Below the pieces are notes generated by a model, which ran no database searches, was not told the DNA's origin, and saw only the letters and a program-made list of their open reading frames with translations. A stretch of DNA of 64,000 nucleotides from Octopus sinensis (taxonomy: Eukaryota). The DNA lies in NCBI RefSeq assembly GCF_006345805.1, contig NC_043008.1, forward strand, positions 25,234,001 through 25,298,000, written 5' to 3'. Of this stretch, positions 63,757-64,000 are shown in pieces; the stretch's first letter is position 1, and each line of letters begins with the position of its first letter. The position numbers were made by a program, and so were the translations under genes.

Positions 63757-64000
63757 AGTTGTTTGGAAAGTTCTTGGCATCTTTTAAGTGCAATACAGAA
63801 TAAACATACTCACATTTTTATTCATTAAAATAATTTTCATTGTTTTCTATGACATTAGTCCACTGAGCAAGCAATTTAAATATTCCATTGGCATAAAACT
63901 CAGTTGCTTTCGAGGAAAAGAAGTCATCTAAATGGGTTTTGACATCTAAATCATTAAATGATTTTCCTTCTACAGATTTCTGCAAATACAAAAAGAAATG
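63757..64000 (-). mobile_element. Mariner transposase 3' end (runs off the window)
   Basis: HFFLYLQKSVEGKSFNDLDVKTHLDDFFSSKATEFYANGIFKLLAQWTNVIENNENYFNE*. Confidence 0.8.

Overview
AT-rich eukaryotic window, almost entirely transposon-derived, microsatellite-rich or intergenic/intronic DNA. The SINE and RTE-tail families look like those of Octopus (recognition from memory, not a search). No complete host gene can be supported, only a few candidate exons. Decayed elements include a Helitron RepHel, a Ty3/gypsy pol, Tc1 and mariner transposases, RTE LINEs, tRNA-SINEs and MITEs. The main result is a cluster of hammerhead-ribozyme (HHR) elements at 47.4-62.9 kb. (i) A near-full-length Penelope-like retroelement (PLE; RT plus GIY-YIG) with a 1.5-kb inverted tail and three minimal HHRs carrying a U3-A8 covariant core. 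(ii) An abutting 733-bp palindrome, each arm of which carries an HHR-like motif. (iii) An 8-kb tandem array of a ~490-bp monomer, each copy encoding a complete type I HHR fold (CUGAAGA / GAAA / GUA, with a 58-nt insertion in stem II). The array holds 16 HHR copies, is flanked by (TA)n tracts and switches strand at its right end. This resembles a non-LTR retrozyme (circular-RNA) array lying beside its likely mobilising PLE. Four further minimal HHR-like motifs occur in PLE pseudo-LTR fragments elsewhere. All folds were derived by eye and no activity is demonstrated.
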